From: Mobula hypostoma
Lineage: Eukaryota
Reading direction: 5' to 3'
NCBI RefSeq assembly: GCF_963921235.1
Contig: NC_086097.1
Span: 88,786,001 to 88,850,000 of the forward strand
Length of the DNA stretch: 64,000 nucleotides
This document shows, in pieces, positions 25,627-37,368 of the stretch. How positions within the stretch are numbered: the first letter of the stretch is position 1; each line of letters opens with the position of its first letter. Below the pieces are notes generated by a model, which saw nothing but the letters and a program-made list of their open reading frames with translations, made no database searches and was not told the DNA's origin. Position numbers and translations under genes: made by a program.

Positions 25627-26445
25627 TTCCCTCCCCCTCCCTTCCCCTATCCCTATGTCACTCTGCCCCCTCCCCCAGCTCCCTCATGGTTCCGCCTCCT
25701 TCTTCTACCACCCACTGTTTTTAGGGCTATGGCGTCAATGCTTCCCCTCCCCCACCCCTTTGTCTTTCAAATTACTGGTCTATCAACTGACGCTACAAGC
25801 ATTCTTCAAATCCTTCCCCATCTTTCATTCTTCAGTCCTGACGAAGGGTTCCGGCCCAAAATGTCAACTCATCGTTTCTGACTGATGCTGCCAGACCTGC
25901 TGAGTTCATCCAGCATACTGAAAGTGTTGCTTTGATCTTTTACAGCATCTGCAGATTATTTTGTGTTTACAATTCATCTATCAACTTCCAGCTGGCCTGG
26001 CATCCTTCCCCTTCCTTCTCTGGGCCAAGGGGGGCGGGTTTCACCTCGAAACTCAACTGTTTATTCATTCCCATCGACACTGCCTGACCTGCTGAGCTTC
26101 TCCAGAATTTTGTGTGTTGCTTATTCAACTCTGTCATTACACGACATCCTGCCATCTACATTTTTTTTGCAAAATGTGTTCACTTCTTCATGTTATTTAC
26201 AAAATTAAACTATTCGCAGGTTTCCTGAGTGTTTTGATTTTCTCAAAGGATCTTGTGTCATTGCTATTATGTTTTCTCCTTGACCTCACGTGGTGTCATT
26301 TATTTCATAGAATCCTGTGTTGTTACTTGCACAGTCTCTACTTTGGAATGTGTTAGTAATCATCGAACTCTGATTTAAGTGCACACCTCTCAGTCTTCTG
26401 ATATTCCAAGGATGTCATTCCAATATTCCATTGCTGAGAGACGGT

Positions 26446-26630
26446 AGATGCTGGAAGAATTCAGCAGATTGAGCAGCATCTGTAGAGGCAAAGGGATAAA
26501 TGATGTTTTGGGTTGAGACCCTGCAAGCAATCTTGAGTCATGGCCTTGGCTCAAAATGTCAACCATCGCTTTGGGTCCACTGATGCTACTTGGCTGATTG
26601 AGTTCCTCCAGCAACTCTGCTTTTGCTCTT
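26446..26630. mobile_element. Old, decayed Penelope-derived fold-back element
   Basis: Imperfect inverted arms tgctggaagaattcagc... / ...gattgagttcctccagca; similar relics at ~8378-8506 and ~33037-33190. Confidence 0.55.
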
Positions 26631-26847
26631 ATACCCGAGTGTCATTTTTGCTAGATGTTAAAAATGTTTGACCATATGTCAAAAATGCGGGTTATGACCT
26701 TTAATTTTACCAAAGAAAACTGACTGGAGTCATTTAGTGCAAAAGTGTTTATTAGGTCTGTCAAAAATAAAACTTACAAAAACTTGTGAAAATAGTGAAG
26801 AAATGCTAATACTTACAAAATGATATCTTCAAGAAAACATAATAATA

Positions 26848-27657
26848 GTGGAGCTTAGTAGGACGACGACTCCTTTGCTTGCATCTTTGGAAACAGCTCT
26901 GTTTCTATCTTTAATATCTCTTTTTTTCCTTTTCAGGGTTCTTTTGAGGACCCTGACTTGGAGTTACATGCTGACTTCAGTCCTTTGTGGAAATGGGACC
27001 TGCTCTCGAGGCCTCACGACCGGACGCTTTTCGGTATGCCAAGGACGTGGCCTGGAAGACAAGCATGCCTTCAGGGTGCCGGATTTTCGTGGTTCTGGGG
27101 GTGGGCGGACTTGAGGCCAGTGCCACCACCTGTTATATCGTGGGAGACGAAAGATCGTAAGCAGCGACCTGGCTGCTCACTGCGTGGCCAGATACCCAAG
27201 TTATTTGGGCACAGAGCTCGGAAAAAGGGATGCACAGACTTTTAACACCATAAATCAGCAAGTTCCTTTGTTATGTCTCCCCTCTCGCTGTGAAATGGGG
27301 ACACCTCTTTTTCCCGTTATTAGGGAGAGAGAGAGAGCCTGTGGTATGTCAAATACAGGGTGAACGAGTAGTCTTTGGGGTACTGCAAGTCTGTGTCTTT
27401 ACTGATGCTTTGCTGCATGCTTGAGTACTCAGTGGGGGGTGCCGATGCTTTTTGCTGGTGGGGGAAGGGGTGTCGTTGCTTTGATGCTGTTTGTGCATGG
27501 GAGGGGGGAGCTGGGGGGGCGTCTTTTGGGTTCTAACATTTAACAGTCATTCATTCTTTCGGGCACTCCTCTGTTTTTGTGGATGTTTGTGAAGAAAAAG
27601 AATTTCAGGACATATATGGTATACATTTCTCTGACATTAAATGTACCTATTGAAACT
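26848..27657 (+). repeat. Non-autonomous interspersed repeat
   Basis: The 3' ~350 bp match 5683-6032 in reverse; no recognisable protein; left edge approximate. Confidence 0.62.
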
Positions 27658-28110
27658 TATTCTTGTCCAGTGTAAACTTCTGGCAGCCCCAATCTCTCCC
27701 TCATACTGAGGGCAATGAACTGCTTTTGTAAGCACGAGGACATATCTTCTTCAATTACCAACAAAGGTAACTGATTCTAGCTGCCCCGCCATTAAATAAA
27801 TCATTGTTGATATGATTACAACATTAAGGGCACACTCCTGCATGTCCCTGCCAACCTTTCACTCCCTTGTTTATCAAGCTCAACCTTAAAAACATTCAGA
27901 GATTCTGTGTTCAATACCTTTAAAGGGCTCAGAACACCCTGAAAGAGAAAAAAAAATCACTTCATTTCTGTAAATCAAGGGTGATCAATTATTTAAACAG
28001 TACCCTCGAGTAAGTGGAAGCACCCTTGCCAAATCCACCCTGTCAAGACCTTGCAGGATCTCATCTTTCATTCAAGTCCTCAAAACCTTTTTTTTCATCT
28101 CGGCTATTTA

Positions 28111-29131
28111 GTTATAGTCATAGTCATAGTCATACTTTATTGATCCCGGGGGAAATTGGTTTACGTTACAGTTGCACCATAAATAATTAAATAGTAATAA
28201 AACCATAAATAGTTAAATACTAATATGTAAATTATGCCAGGAAATAAGTCCAGGATCAGTCTATTGGCTCAGGGTGTCTGACCCTCCAAGGGAGGAGTTG
28301 TAAAGTTTGATGGCCACAGGCAGGAATGACTTCCTACGAGGCTCAGTGTTGCATCTTGGTAGAATGAGTCTCTGGCTGATGTACTCCTGTGCCCAACCAG
28401 TACATTATGTAGTGGATGGGAGACATTGTCCAAGATGGCATGCAACTTGGACAGCATCCTCTTTTCAGACACCACCTTCAGAGAGTCCAATTCCATCCCC
28501 ACAACATCACTGGCCTTACAAATGAGTTTGTTGATTCTGTTGGTGTCTGCTACCCTCAGCCTGCTGCCCCAGCACACAACAGCAAACATGATCGTACTGG
28601 CCACCACAGCCTCGTAGAACATCCTCAGCATCGTCCAGCAGATGTTGAAGGACCTCAGTCTCCTCAGGAAATAGAGACGGCTCTGACCCTTCTTGTAGAC
28701 AGCCTCGGTGTTCTTTGACCAGTCCAGTTTATTGTCAATTCGTATCCCCAGGTATTTGTAATCCTCCACCATGTCCACACTGACCCCCTGGATGGAAACA
28801 AGGGTCACCAGTGCCTTAGCCCTCCTCAGGTCTACCACCAGCTCCTTAGTCTTTTTCACATTAAGCTGTAGATAATTCTGCTCACACCATGTGACAAAGT
28901 TTCCTACCGTAGCCCTGTACTCAGCCTCATCTCCCTTGCTGATGCATCCAACTATAGCAGAGTCATCAGAGAACTTCTGAAGATGACAAGACTCTGTGCA
29001 GTAGTTAAAGTCCGAGGTGTAAATGGTGAAGAGAAAGGGAGACAAGTCAGTCCCCTGTGGAGCCTCAGTGCTGCTGATCACTCTGTCAGACACACAGTGT
29101 TGCGAGCACATGTACTGTTGTCTGCCAGTCA
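28111..29131 (-). mobile_element. Rex1/Babar LINE, 5'-truncated, RT C-terminal half largely open
   Basis: APQGTDLSPFLFTIYTSDF...KFSDDSAIVG...KTKELVVD...KKGQSRLYFLRRLRSF; (gactat)n tail. Confidence 0.88.
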
Positions 29132-29134
29132 GTT

Positions 29135-29380
29135 TCCATCTCAATCTACTTTCCAATGCTTGGCTCTACGATGCTCAGCCATGTTCTGAAGCTTCTATGC
29201 ATTAGCAATACATCACAGGCAGAACTTGTTGAGGAAGATGGCACTCTGCAGCTTAGCAAGAGGTTTGCTGATTGATGTCTCATTGTTAAACTCAAGTACG
29301 CTGGTAATACTTCTACCTTCATGATTTCTTTGATAATTTGCATTGGTCTCTTGGCTGCGCCATTTGATGCTGGGCGGGGG
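29135..29380 (-). pseudogene. Ancient Gypsy integrase relic
   Basis: SNGAAKRPMQIIK...ANLLLSCR.P.SST.SAC..LLMHRSFRTWLSIVEP fits the integrase pattern SNGxAERxVQxxK...FLLxYRxTPHSTT...LLMGRxLRTxL. Confidence 0.55.
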
Positions 29381-29580
29381 GGGGGAGGTGGTATGATGAA
29401 AAACCCAAAGGTATAATATCATTTGCTTCATGAAGATATCAAATAGAAATCTGCAAAACAAGGCTGTGATCTTTGTCACTATGGTAGGAGTGTCTAAAGT
29501 TAAACAACTTAGGCTAGCAGTCCAGGAGAGGTTTAAAGGGGATCCGAAGGGTAAATTTTTCACACAATGAGTAGTTGGTA

Positions 29581-30268
29581 TTAGATTAGATTATGAGGGC
29601 ACTCAGTTCTCATTTATTGTCATTTAGAAATGCATGTATTAAAAAAATGATACAATGTTCCACTAGAATGATATCACAAGAAAAACAGGACAAACCAAGA
29701 CTAAAACTGACAAAACCACATAATTATAACATTATAACATTATTACAACAGTACAAAACAATACCAAAATTTGATAAAGAGCAGACCATGGGCACGGTAA
29801 AAAAAGGTCTCAAAGTCCCAATCGACTCATCATCTAACGCAGGCGGCAGAAGGGAGAAACTCTCCCCGCCATGAACCTCCAAGCGCCGACAACTTCCCGA
29901 TGCATTGGAAGCACCCGACCGCAGCCGACTCTGAGTCCGTCTGAAAACTTCGAGCCTCCGATCAACCCCTCCGATACAGCCTCTCTGAGCACCATCCTCT
30001 GCCGAGCGCTTCGACCCCCCCCCTGCCCCGGCCGCCGAGCAACAAGCAAAGCCGAGGACTCGGGGCCTACTCCTCCGGAGATTCTGGACCACACAGTAGC
30101 AGTGGCAGCGAAGCAGGCATTTCAGAAGTTTCACCAGATGTTCCTCCGTGCTCTCACGTCCGTCTCCATCAAATCAGGATTGTGCACGGCCCCCTACTTG
30201 ACAAATAACAGACATCACCACCAGAGTGGCCGCTGCGAGCTACATCACGCCGCCATCTTCTCCTCCCT
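29581..30268 (-). mobile_element. Non-autonomous retroelement (Rex/L2-like ends), copy 2
   Basis: Colinear with 13362-14011; CpG-rich; interrupts a CR1 3' fragment (gtagttggta|...|ctggaataagtt). Confidence 0.75.
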
Positions 30269-30846
30269 CTGGAATAAGTTGCTAGAGGGGGTGGTGAAGG
30301 CAAGGACAGTTATGACACTTGAGACATCGGAACAGGATGATCGGGGTATATTGGGAAATGGAATTAATGCAGGCCAGAGACATTAGTAGAGGTAGGGATG
30401 AGGTGAGCTGAAGGGCTTGTTTCTATTCTGAAAGACATTGTGGCTCCTGCTTCATGATCGTAAGCAGCTACCTTATTCGTACTTGCACTCCACTCTGGGG
30501 TTTTTTTAATGTGTTGGTTTCTCCTAAGAAGCAATCTTGCACACAAGTTCAGCTGTAAGATACAATGTGCCTAATAACTTTCATTGAATTTGTTCATCTA
30601 TCGAAAGAGATGGTAAAATTGCATGCTAAGACAGGTCATGGAAGGACCAAGATCTTTGTGCTTTCACAGAAGATGGGTGCTGCAGCGAGGTCAGTTGAGG
30701 AGACAAATTGGGCCGATTCCACTGTGAACCAATTCAAACTGTTCCCTGATGATCCAACCTGCATTTCAATTCCTAGTTCCAAACTTGCCGGGCTTCACAA
30801 TTTCTGACAGGTTGATTTTTCAAAATTTCCCGGAACACCTAAAGAT

Positions 30847-31050
30847 GGGCAGCACGGTAACGTAGCTAGTCGAGCCGCTGCCTCACAATTCCAGTGACTC
30901 GGGTTCAATCCTGACCGCCGGTACTGCCCGTGTGGAGTGTGCATGTTCACCCCGTGACCACATGGGTTTTGCAGTTTCCTCCAGCATTCCAAACATTATG
31001 AATGACAGGTTTATAAGTCGCCATAAATGGCCCCTTACACAGCCAGTGGC
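30847..31050 (+). mobile_element. tRNA-derived V-SINE (HE1-like)
   Basis: A-box-like head, B box gggttcaatcc, V core tgtggagtgtgcatgttcaccccgtgacc. Confidence 0.7.
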
Positions 31051-31395
31051 AGGAACTGGGGTAAGTAGGTGAGATTGTGAGCAAAGTTACAGGTTGCATT
31101 GAAAAATAGATTAAGTGGCCCACTCCTATGTTGAGGAAATGAACATATTTTGCTTTCTGTGACAAAAATATTTGCCAATGTACTGTATGGGTTAGAATAC
31201 ATTTCAGTTATAAGACTAGTTTTTTAATGCTCCCATTAAACTAATTTTGTGTAAGGGCACTCTAGCCATGACTGTCAATCTCCAGTATCTTTCTTCTCTC
31301 TGAAAAACATTTCTGTGTTCAGGGCTCACTGGCTTCCAATGAAACCAGCTTGAGACATTGTAGCTATCTCGCTGTCTGCTGCTGCTCCCAGCAGC

Positions 31396-32645
31396 ACCAT
31401 AAGATGATAAGATATAGGAACAGAATTAGGCCACTTGGCCCATCGAGTCTGCTCCACCATTTCATCATGGCTGTTCCAGTTTTCCTCTCAGTCTCAATCT
31501 CCTTCCTTCTCCCCATATCCCTTCATGCCCTGATCAATCAAGTATTTATCAACCTCTGCCTTAAATATAAAGACTTGGCCTCCACAGCTGCCCACTCTCT
31601 GGCTAAAGAAATTCCTCATCTCTGTTCTAAAAGGATGCCCCTCTGTTCTGAGGCCGTGTCCTCTGGTCTTCACATCCACTCTCATCAAGGCCTTTCATCA
31701 TTTAACAGGTTTCAGTGAGGTCACCCCTCATTTTTCTGAATACCAGTGAATACAGGCCCAGAGCCACCAAACACTCCTCATATGACAAACCACTGAATCC
31801 TAGAATCATTTTCATGAACCTCTTTTAACACTCTCCTGTTTCAGCACATTCTTTCTAAGGGGCCCAAATCTGCTCACAATACTCCAAGTGAGGCCTCACC
31901 AGTGCTTTATAAAGTTTTAACACTGCATCCTTGCTTGTATATTCTAATCTTCTTGAAATGAATGCTAACATCGCATTTGCCTTCCACACTACTGATTCAA
32001 CCTACAAATCAATCTTTGGAGAATCCTGCACAAGGACTCCCAAGTCCCTTTGCAACTCAGTTTTTGTATTTTCTCCACATTTAGAAAATAGTCAACCCTT
32101 TCATTTCTTCTGCCAAAGTGCATGGCCATACACTTCCATTTGCCACTTTGTCCATTCTCCTATTCTGTCCAAGTCCTCCTGTAGCCTCTCTACTACCCCA
32201 AAACTACCTGCCTCTCCTATCTTCATATCGTCTACAAACTTTGCAACAAAGCCATCAATTCCATCATCCAAATCATTGACAAACAACGTAAAAAGAATCA
32301 GTCCCAACTCAGACTCCTGTGGAACACCACTATTCACCAGCAGCCAACCAGAAAAGGATGCCTACAACATATTCCCACTCTTTGCCTGCTGCCAATCAGC
32401 CACTGCTTTATCCATGCTAGAATCTTTCTTGTAATACCATAGCTTGTTAAGCAGTCTCAGGTGTGGCACTTTGTCAAAGGCCTTCTGAAAATCCAAGTAC
32501 ACAATATCAACTGATTGCCCTTTGTCTACCCCTGCTTGTTATGTCTTCAAAAAATTCCAACAGATTTGTCAGGCAAAATTTTCCCTTAAGGAAACCATGC
32601 TGACCACGGCCAATTTTATCATGTGCCTCCAAGTACCCCAAGACC
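31396..32645 (-). mobile_element. CR1 LINE fragment (RT and 3' end)
   Basis: SGVPQESELGLILFTLFVNDLDDG...KFVDDMKIG; TRGHGLR...RNFFSQRV. Confidence 0.85.
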
Positions 32646-35600
32646 TACTGATGACGTCACACCAGGATGTGCTAAGTTCTCTTACCTCTGTGTTAGTGTT
32701 TTGCTCACAGGCCACAACCCAACGGTGATTTTTTTCTACCATAACTCCCCTGGACACTGCAGTTTCCTTACAAAGAACGCACACAGTGACATGCCCCACT
32801 AATGATATGTATTATAGCAAGATGTACTGTAGAAGGGTTGTACCATTACTAGTCTCTTTGGAGCCTCCTAAACGGTGATGTTCTTCCTTTGGCTGCAGTT
32901 TGGCTACCATTCTCTGTTGTGCCCACACTTGCTCCGGGTTAACTGTAGCTGCACTCAGCAAATTAGCTGGTGCTTGAAACCAAGTCAGCTCACAGAGAAG
33001 ACACAGACAAATGTCGAGGCCTGTTACAACAAACTATCTGCTGGAAGAAATCAGAAAGTCAGGCAGCGCCTGTAGAGGCGAAAGGAATTGCTGACCTTTC
33101 AGGTCCCAATGAAGGATTTCAAACCAAAACGTCAACAATTTCTTGTCTTCTACAGATGCTGGTTGACACGGCAAGTCCTCCAGCTGTTGCTTGTTACTGT
33201 AGCTCAAAGAGAAGTCTTCCTGCTCAACAGAAGGCTTGTTCCGAATACTCTTGTCATCAATTTGAAATGCAATTGTACTGTATGTGTGTTACTTGTAATG
33301 CAAATGCATGTGTGTGACTGTGGGTCTACTAGGTATCGTGAAGAAACTTTGAAAGTTGTTAGAACACAGGCATCTTGCTTATCTGGTTCTTTAACTATGC
33401 TATATGCATGGGCACACATCATATGCTTACACTCACCAAATAGGGTTATTCTAGGTTGTTGACCTCATGTCAGAAGTGGCCAAAGCTAAGGCCTAACAGA
33501 AAAGAAAGCTATTTTTAAATAATTGACCATTGTGTTATGTACGAGTTGAAAAAAGTCATCTCCACTCCATGTAAAATGATATAGTTTAATGATTCAGGCA
33601 GTATGGTTTACATTCATTGTGTACAGTTCTTTAAGATAGTTTACTGACATATAAATCAGCAACAGTTTAAAATTCTAAACAAAAATACACTGCTTATAAA
33701 ATTAGCTCTATTAAAACCTTTAATTTTGTTGTAAAAGCGAAGTTGCTGCATCCTATTTCAATCAGCTATCTACTGAGATGTTTGCATGTACATCAATTAC
33801 TAGCACTGTTCATGGTATTCCATGAAACAGTACAAGGAACAGGGTGCAGCAAAAGAATATTTGGAATGAAGCTTCAGGCACTCTCTCGGCCTCCTAATAA
33901 TCCTTCCCTTTCCATTTTTAACTGAGTGTATCCTTGAAGCACGTACCAATTCTATGCAGAGTTGCCATGGCACAGAACCTAGACCGTGACCACCTCACCC
34001 ATCTGATCTTTTATCTGTGAAGCTGCCTGACCTTGATCTACCAGTGGCCAACAGAGGTGTAGAAAAGACCAAGAACTTGTAACATGATTCCCACTACCAA
34101 GCTTCAAACAAGCTCAGGGCCACCTCTAGTGTTTAGTATCTTCCCTGTGCAAGCCTCATCATTATCTAACAAGAGAAGCCACACCAATGCAAACTTTGAG
34201 GTAAAATTAGTGCTTATGGCCATTAACAATTTGAAGGGTGATGTGGAAGTATTCTAGTCCTTCATTGCAATCACTGTGAGGGTTAAAAGTCATGAGGGTA
34301 GAGTTTCAGTATTCATTGATCAGGATGCCTGCTACAACTAAGAAGGATTTTATTGACCTGCTGAAATTAGATGGCAGAAAAGCAAGACAAACGTCCTCTG
34401 GGAATGTAAAGACGACACATTAGAAGGAGGTAGGCACAGCCTACATTTGCCAGAACGGAGATCAGCTGGAGGCACCTCAGCTTACTGGGTTTCTTGATAA
34501 TGGTGAAGATGAACGAGGAGGAGAAGGACACATCCAGCAGTAAATGATGAGCTGATGACTGAGGGGTCAGTAAATTGATTTTAAGATCATTGTGAGATTT
34601 AAAAGCAAATGGAATTAGTGATGGCATAAAGATGATTAGATGGACAACAATGAGATGAATGATGAAGATTAAAATACACATAATGGGACATGGGCATCAA
34701 AGATGAAGAATAGAATGATAGTGAGGATACAGAGAGAAAATTTTTTTACACGTATTATACATACTGGTTTTGCTTGAAATGGTAAATTATGCAGAATCAC
34801 ATGAAGCATGCACTGGAAAATGCCACATGTCCATTACACATAAATACCCATGTCTTGTAATATTGAATCAATTCATTTTGATTATTAAAGTTTGACCATT
34901 AATATTCCCACCATGTTCACAAAATTCCCAACACCAAATATTTTAATTTTCTTACTGATTATTAAAGCAAATGTGTCACAGCACTGGAAGAATTGAATCC
35001 TTTACCTTTCTATGTTAATAACCGTGCAACAGCAAATGGTAATATAATAAAGATTATGATGTTGGAAAAGGATAATAACCATCGTAACTGTTGCAAACAG
35101 AAATAAAGTTATACTGTGAAACAAATATAATAGCAATAAAAATGCTAATAAGCAGAATGATCAAAATGCAATGGTCAAGTTTATATTGAAAAGGGTTATG
35201 ATAATAATAATGAAAATGGTGGAGATAACTATACTCATTACAGATGATGAGATGGCAGTGACAGTGGTTCTAGTGATGAAAAGATGGACATGCTTATCTG
35301 CTGGTTATGATGTCAAGTTTCCAGTGGCAGTAGTGAGGTGGAAATAATAGCAATGCAATGGGATGATGATAGAGGCAGGTTGGGAGTGATGGTGAGAGAA
35401 GAGTCATGATTATCTTGATGATGGTGAGAAGGAATGACCACAAGATGCAAGTCATTAAGATTTAATGATGCAATGGAAATGGAGGGGATGAGACAGGAGT
35501 GATAACAATAATGAATGATAGTGGGGATACACTAGAGAGATAGAGGCACAATGGGCATGATGATAATATTGATGAGATGGGAATAATGAATGACAATATG

Positions 35601-37139
35601 GAGATGTGATGAAAACAATCATGAATGAAATGGTGATAACAGTGATGCCATGGGATGTTGGCAATGAGATAGGAGTGATGGGGAGTGATACTGACATAAG
35701 TCAGTGTCATTGTGGTGGCTGATGCTATGGGGGTAATGGTGATGTAATGCAAAAACAGTTATGAGATCACAGTGATGTTTATGAGATGGAGAGATAGTGA
35801 CAAAGATGCAACGGGTGTAATAATGAGTAATGGGAAATGATAACAGTGATGACAATGACAATGATAATATGGAACTAATAACAATGAGAAATATAGAACA
35901 TAGAATAGTACAGCACAGTACAGGCCCTTTGGCCCACAATGTTGTGCCGACCCTAAAGAAAGAAAGGACTGATGGTAATGAGATGCACGTAATGGGTCGT
36001 GATGAACATGATGATGGCAATGATGAGGTGCAAAACACCGAAGTAATAAAGAGATGGAGTCATGATGAGAACAATGAGGCAGTAGTGCAGGTGATGAGGT
36101 GGGAGCAATAACGACGATGGTGCAATAGTAGTGATGCTAATGAGAGGAAAACATACAATGAGATGGCTCTGATGTGCTGGGACGATAGTGCTGAGGGTGA
36201 AGATGATAGAATGGAATGAGTGATGGTGATGAGATGAGTGGGGGGGTGACACGCATGTGATAAAATTGATAACAATTGACTGCTTCTGCAACGGTAGTGA
36301 TAGAAATGTGATGAGTGATCATAATAGTGATGCGTTGGAATTAATGGTGAAGAAATGGAATGAACAATGACAATAATTAAATGTGAGAGACACCACTGAT
36401 ATGATATATGAGAGTGATGAGATTAGATGGAAATGATCAAAGTAAAGATGTGATGGGACTAATGGTAACGAGTTGGGAGTGATGATGAGAATGATTATAA
36501 TGAGATGGACACGATAACAATGAGATGGAATGAATGATGACAGTGATGTAATGAAACACGAGTGATGTGGTGGAAGTGATAATGATGAGATGGAAGCAAG
36601 GATAATTTAATGGCAGTAACATCCATGCAATGGAAATGATGATTACAATAATGCAGTGAGTGTGTGGGATAACCATGAACATCACAATGATGCAATGATG
36701 AGATGGGAGCGATAGTGATGGGATTTATTGCTGGAGCAAAGATTACTTAATTTAATTATAACCTTGGCAAAATCGTAACTGGATTATTATGTACAACAAT
36801 CTTTTTGCCGCAAAAATACAGTATATTACAATAGATGGAGAGCAGCGAAGTCTCATCACACTGCTTTCTGGGATGGCAAGCCTTGAGATGAGGAAGTATT
36901 GATGACTGCTGATGAAACGGGGATATTGTGATAACAGCAGATAGAACAGTGATGATAATGTGACGGCGATGGAATGGGGGCACAGGAGTTCTGATGAAAC
37001 AGTGAAACGCATAACAACTAAAATAAATTGGGAGCAAGGATGCAGCAGTGAGAAAGGGAGTGGTAACAATGATAAGAAAATTGAGTCAATAAAAATTAGA
37101 CAATGGTGGTATCAATGGGAATGAACTAGTAGCCATAAT

Positions 37140-37368
37140 AAACAACAGGAATTCTGCAGATGCTGGAAATTCAAGCAACACACATCAAAGTTGCTGGTGA
37201 ACGCAGCAGGCCAAGCAGCATCTGTAGGAAGAGGTGCAGTCAATGTCTCAGGTCGAGACCCTTCGTCAGGAGTCCTGACGAAGGGTCTCGGCCTGAAACG
37301 TCGACTGCACCTCTTCCTACAGATGCTGCTTGGCCTGCTGCGTTCACCAGCAACTTTGATGTGTGTTG
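37140..37368 (-). mobile_element. Penelope-derived fold-back mini-element, copy 3
   Basis: Arms 37174-37271 and 37273-37370 (4 mismatches counted, 1-nt loop); tail on the left; TSD CTAGTAGCCATAAT at 37126-37139 and 37369-37382. Confidence 0.9.
37271..37306 (+). ncRNA. Minimal type-I hammerhead ribozyme motif
   Basis: AGUC-CUGACGA-AGG(GUCUCGG)CCU-GAAA-CG-UC^GACU; 4-bp stem I, all core residues present. Confidence 0.72.

Larger units (their letters stand above)
23988..25972 (+). mobile_element. Penelope-like (Neptune-type) element, 5'-truncated, with a ~750-bp inverted 5' arm
   Basis: 14-bp TSD TTCATCTATCAACT at 23974-23987 and 25973-25986. 23988-~24741 is an inverted copy of ~25130-25926. 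Inserted in an older Penelope 3' end that continues to ~26121. Confidence 0.92.

Noticed and set aside
30847..30920. tRNA genes (also at 54373 and 56028)
   Set aside because: The A/B-box-like heads run into V-SINE cores, with no complete cloverleaf.
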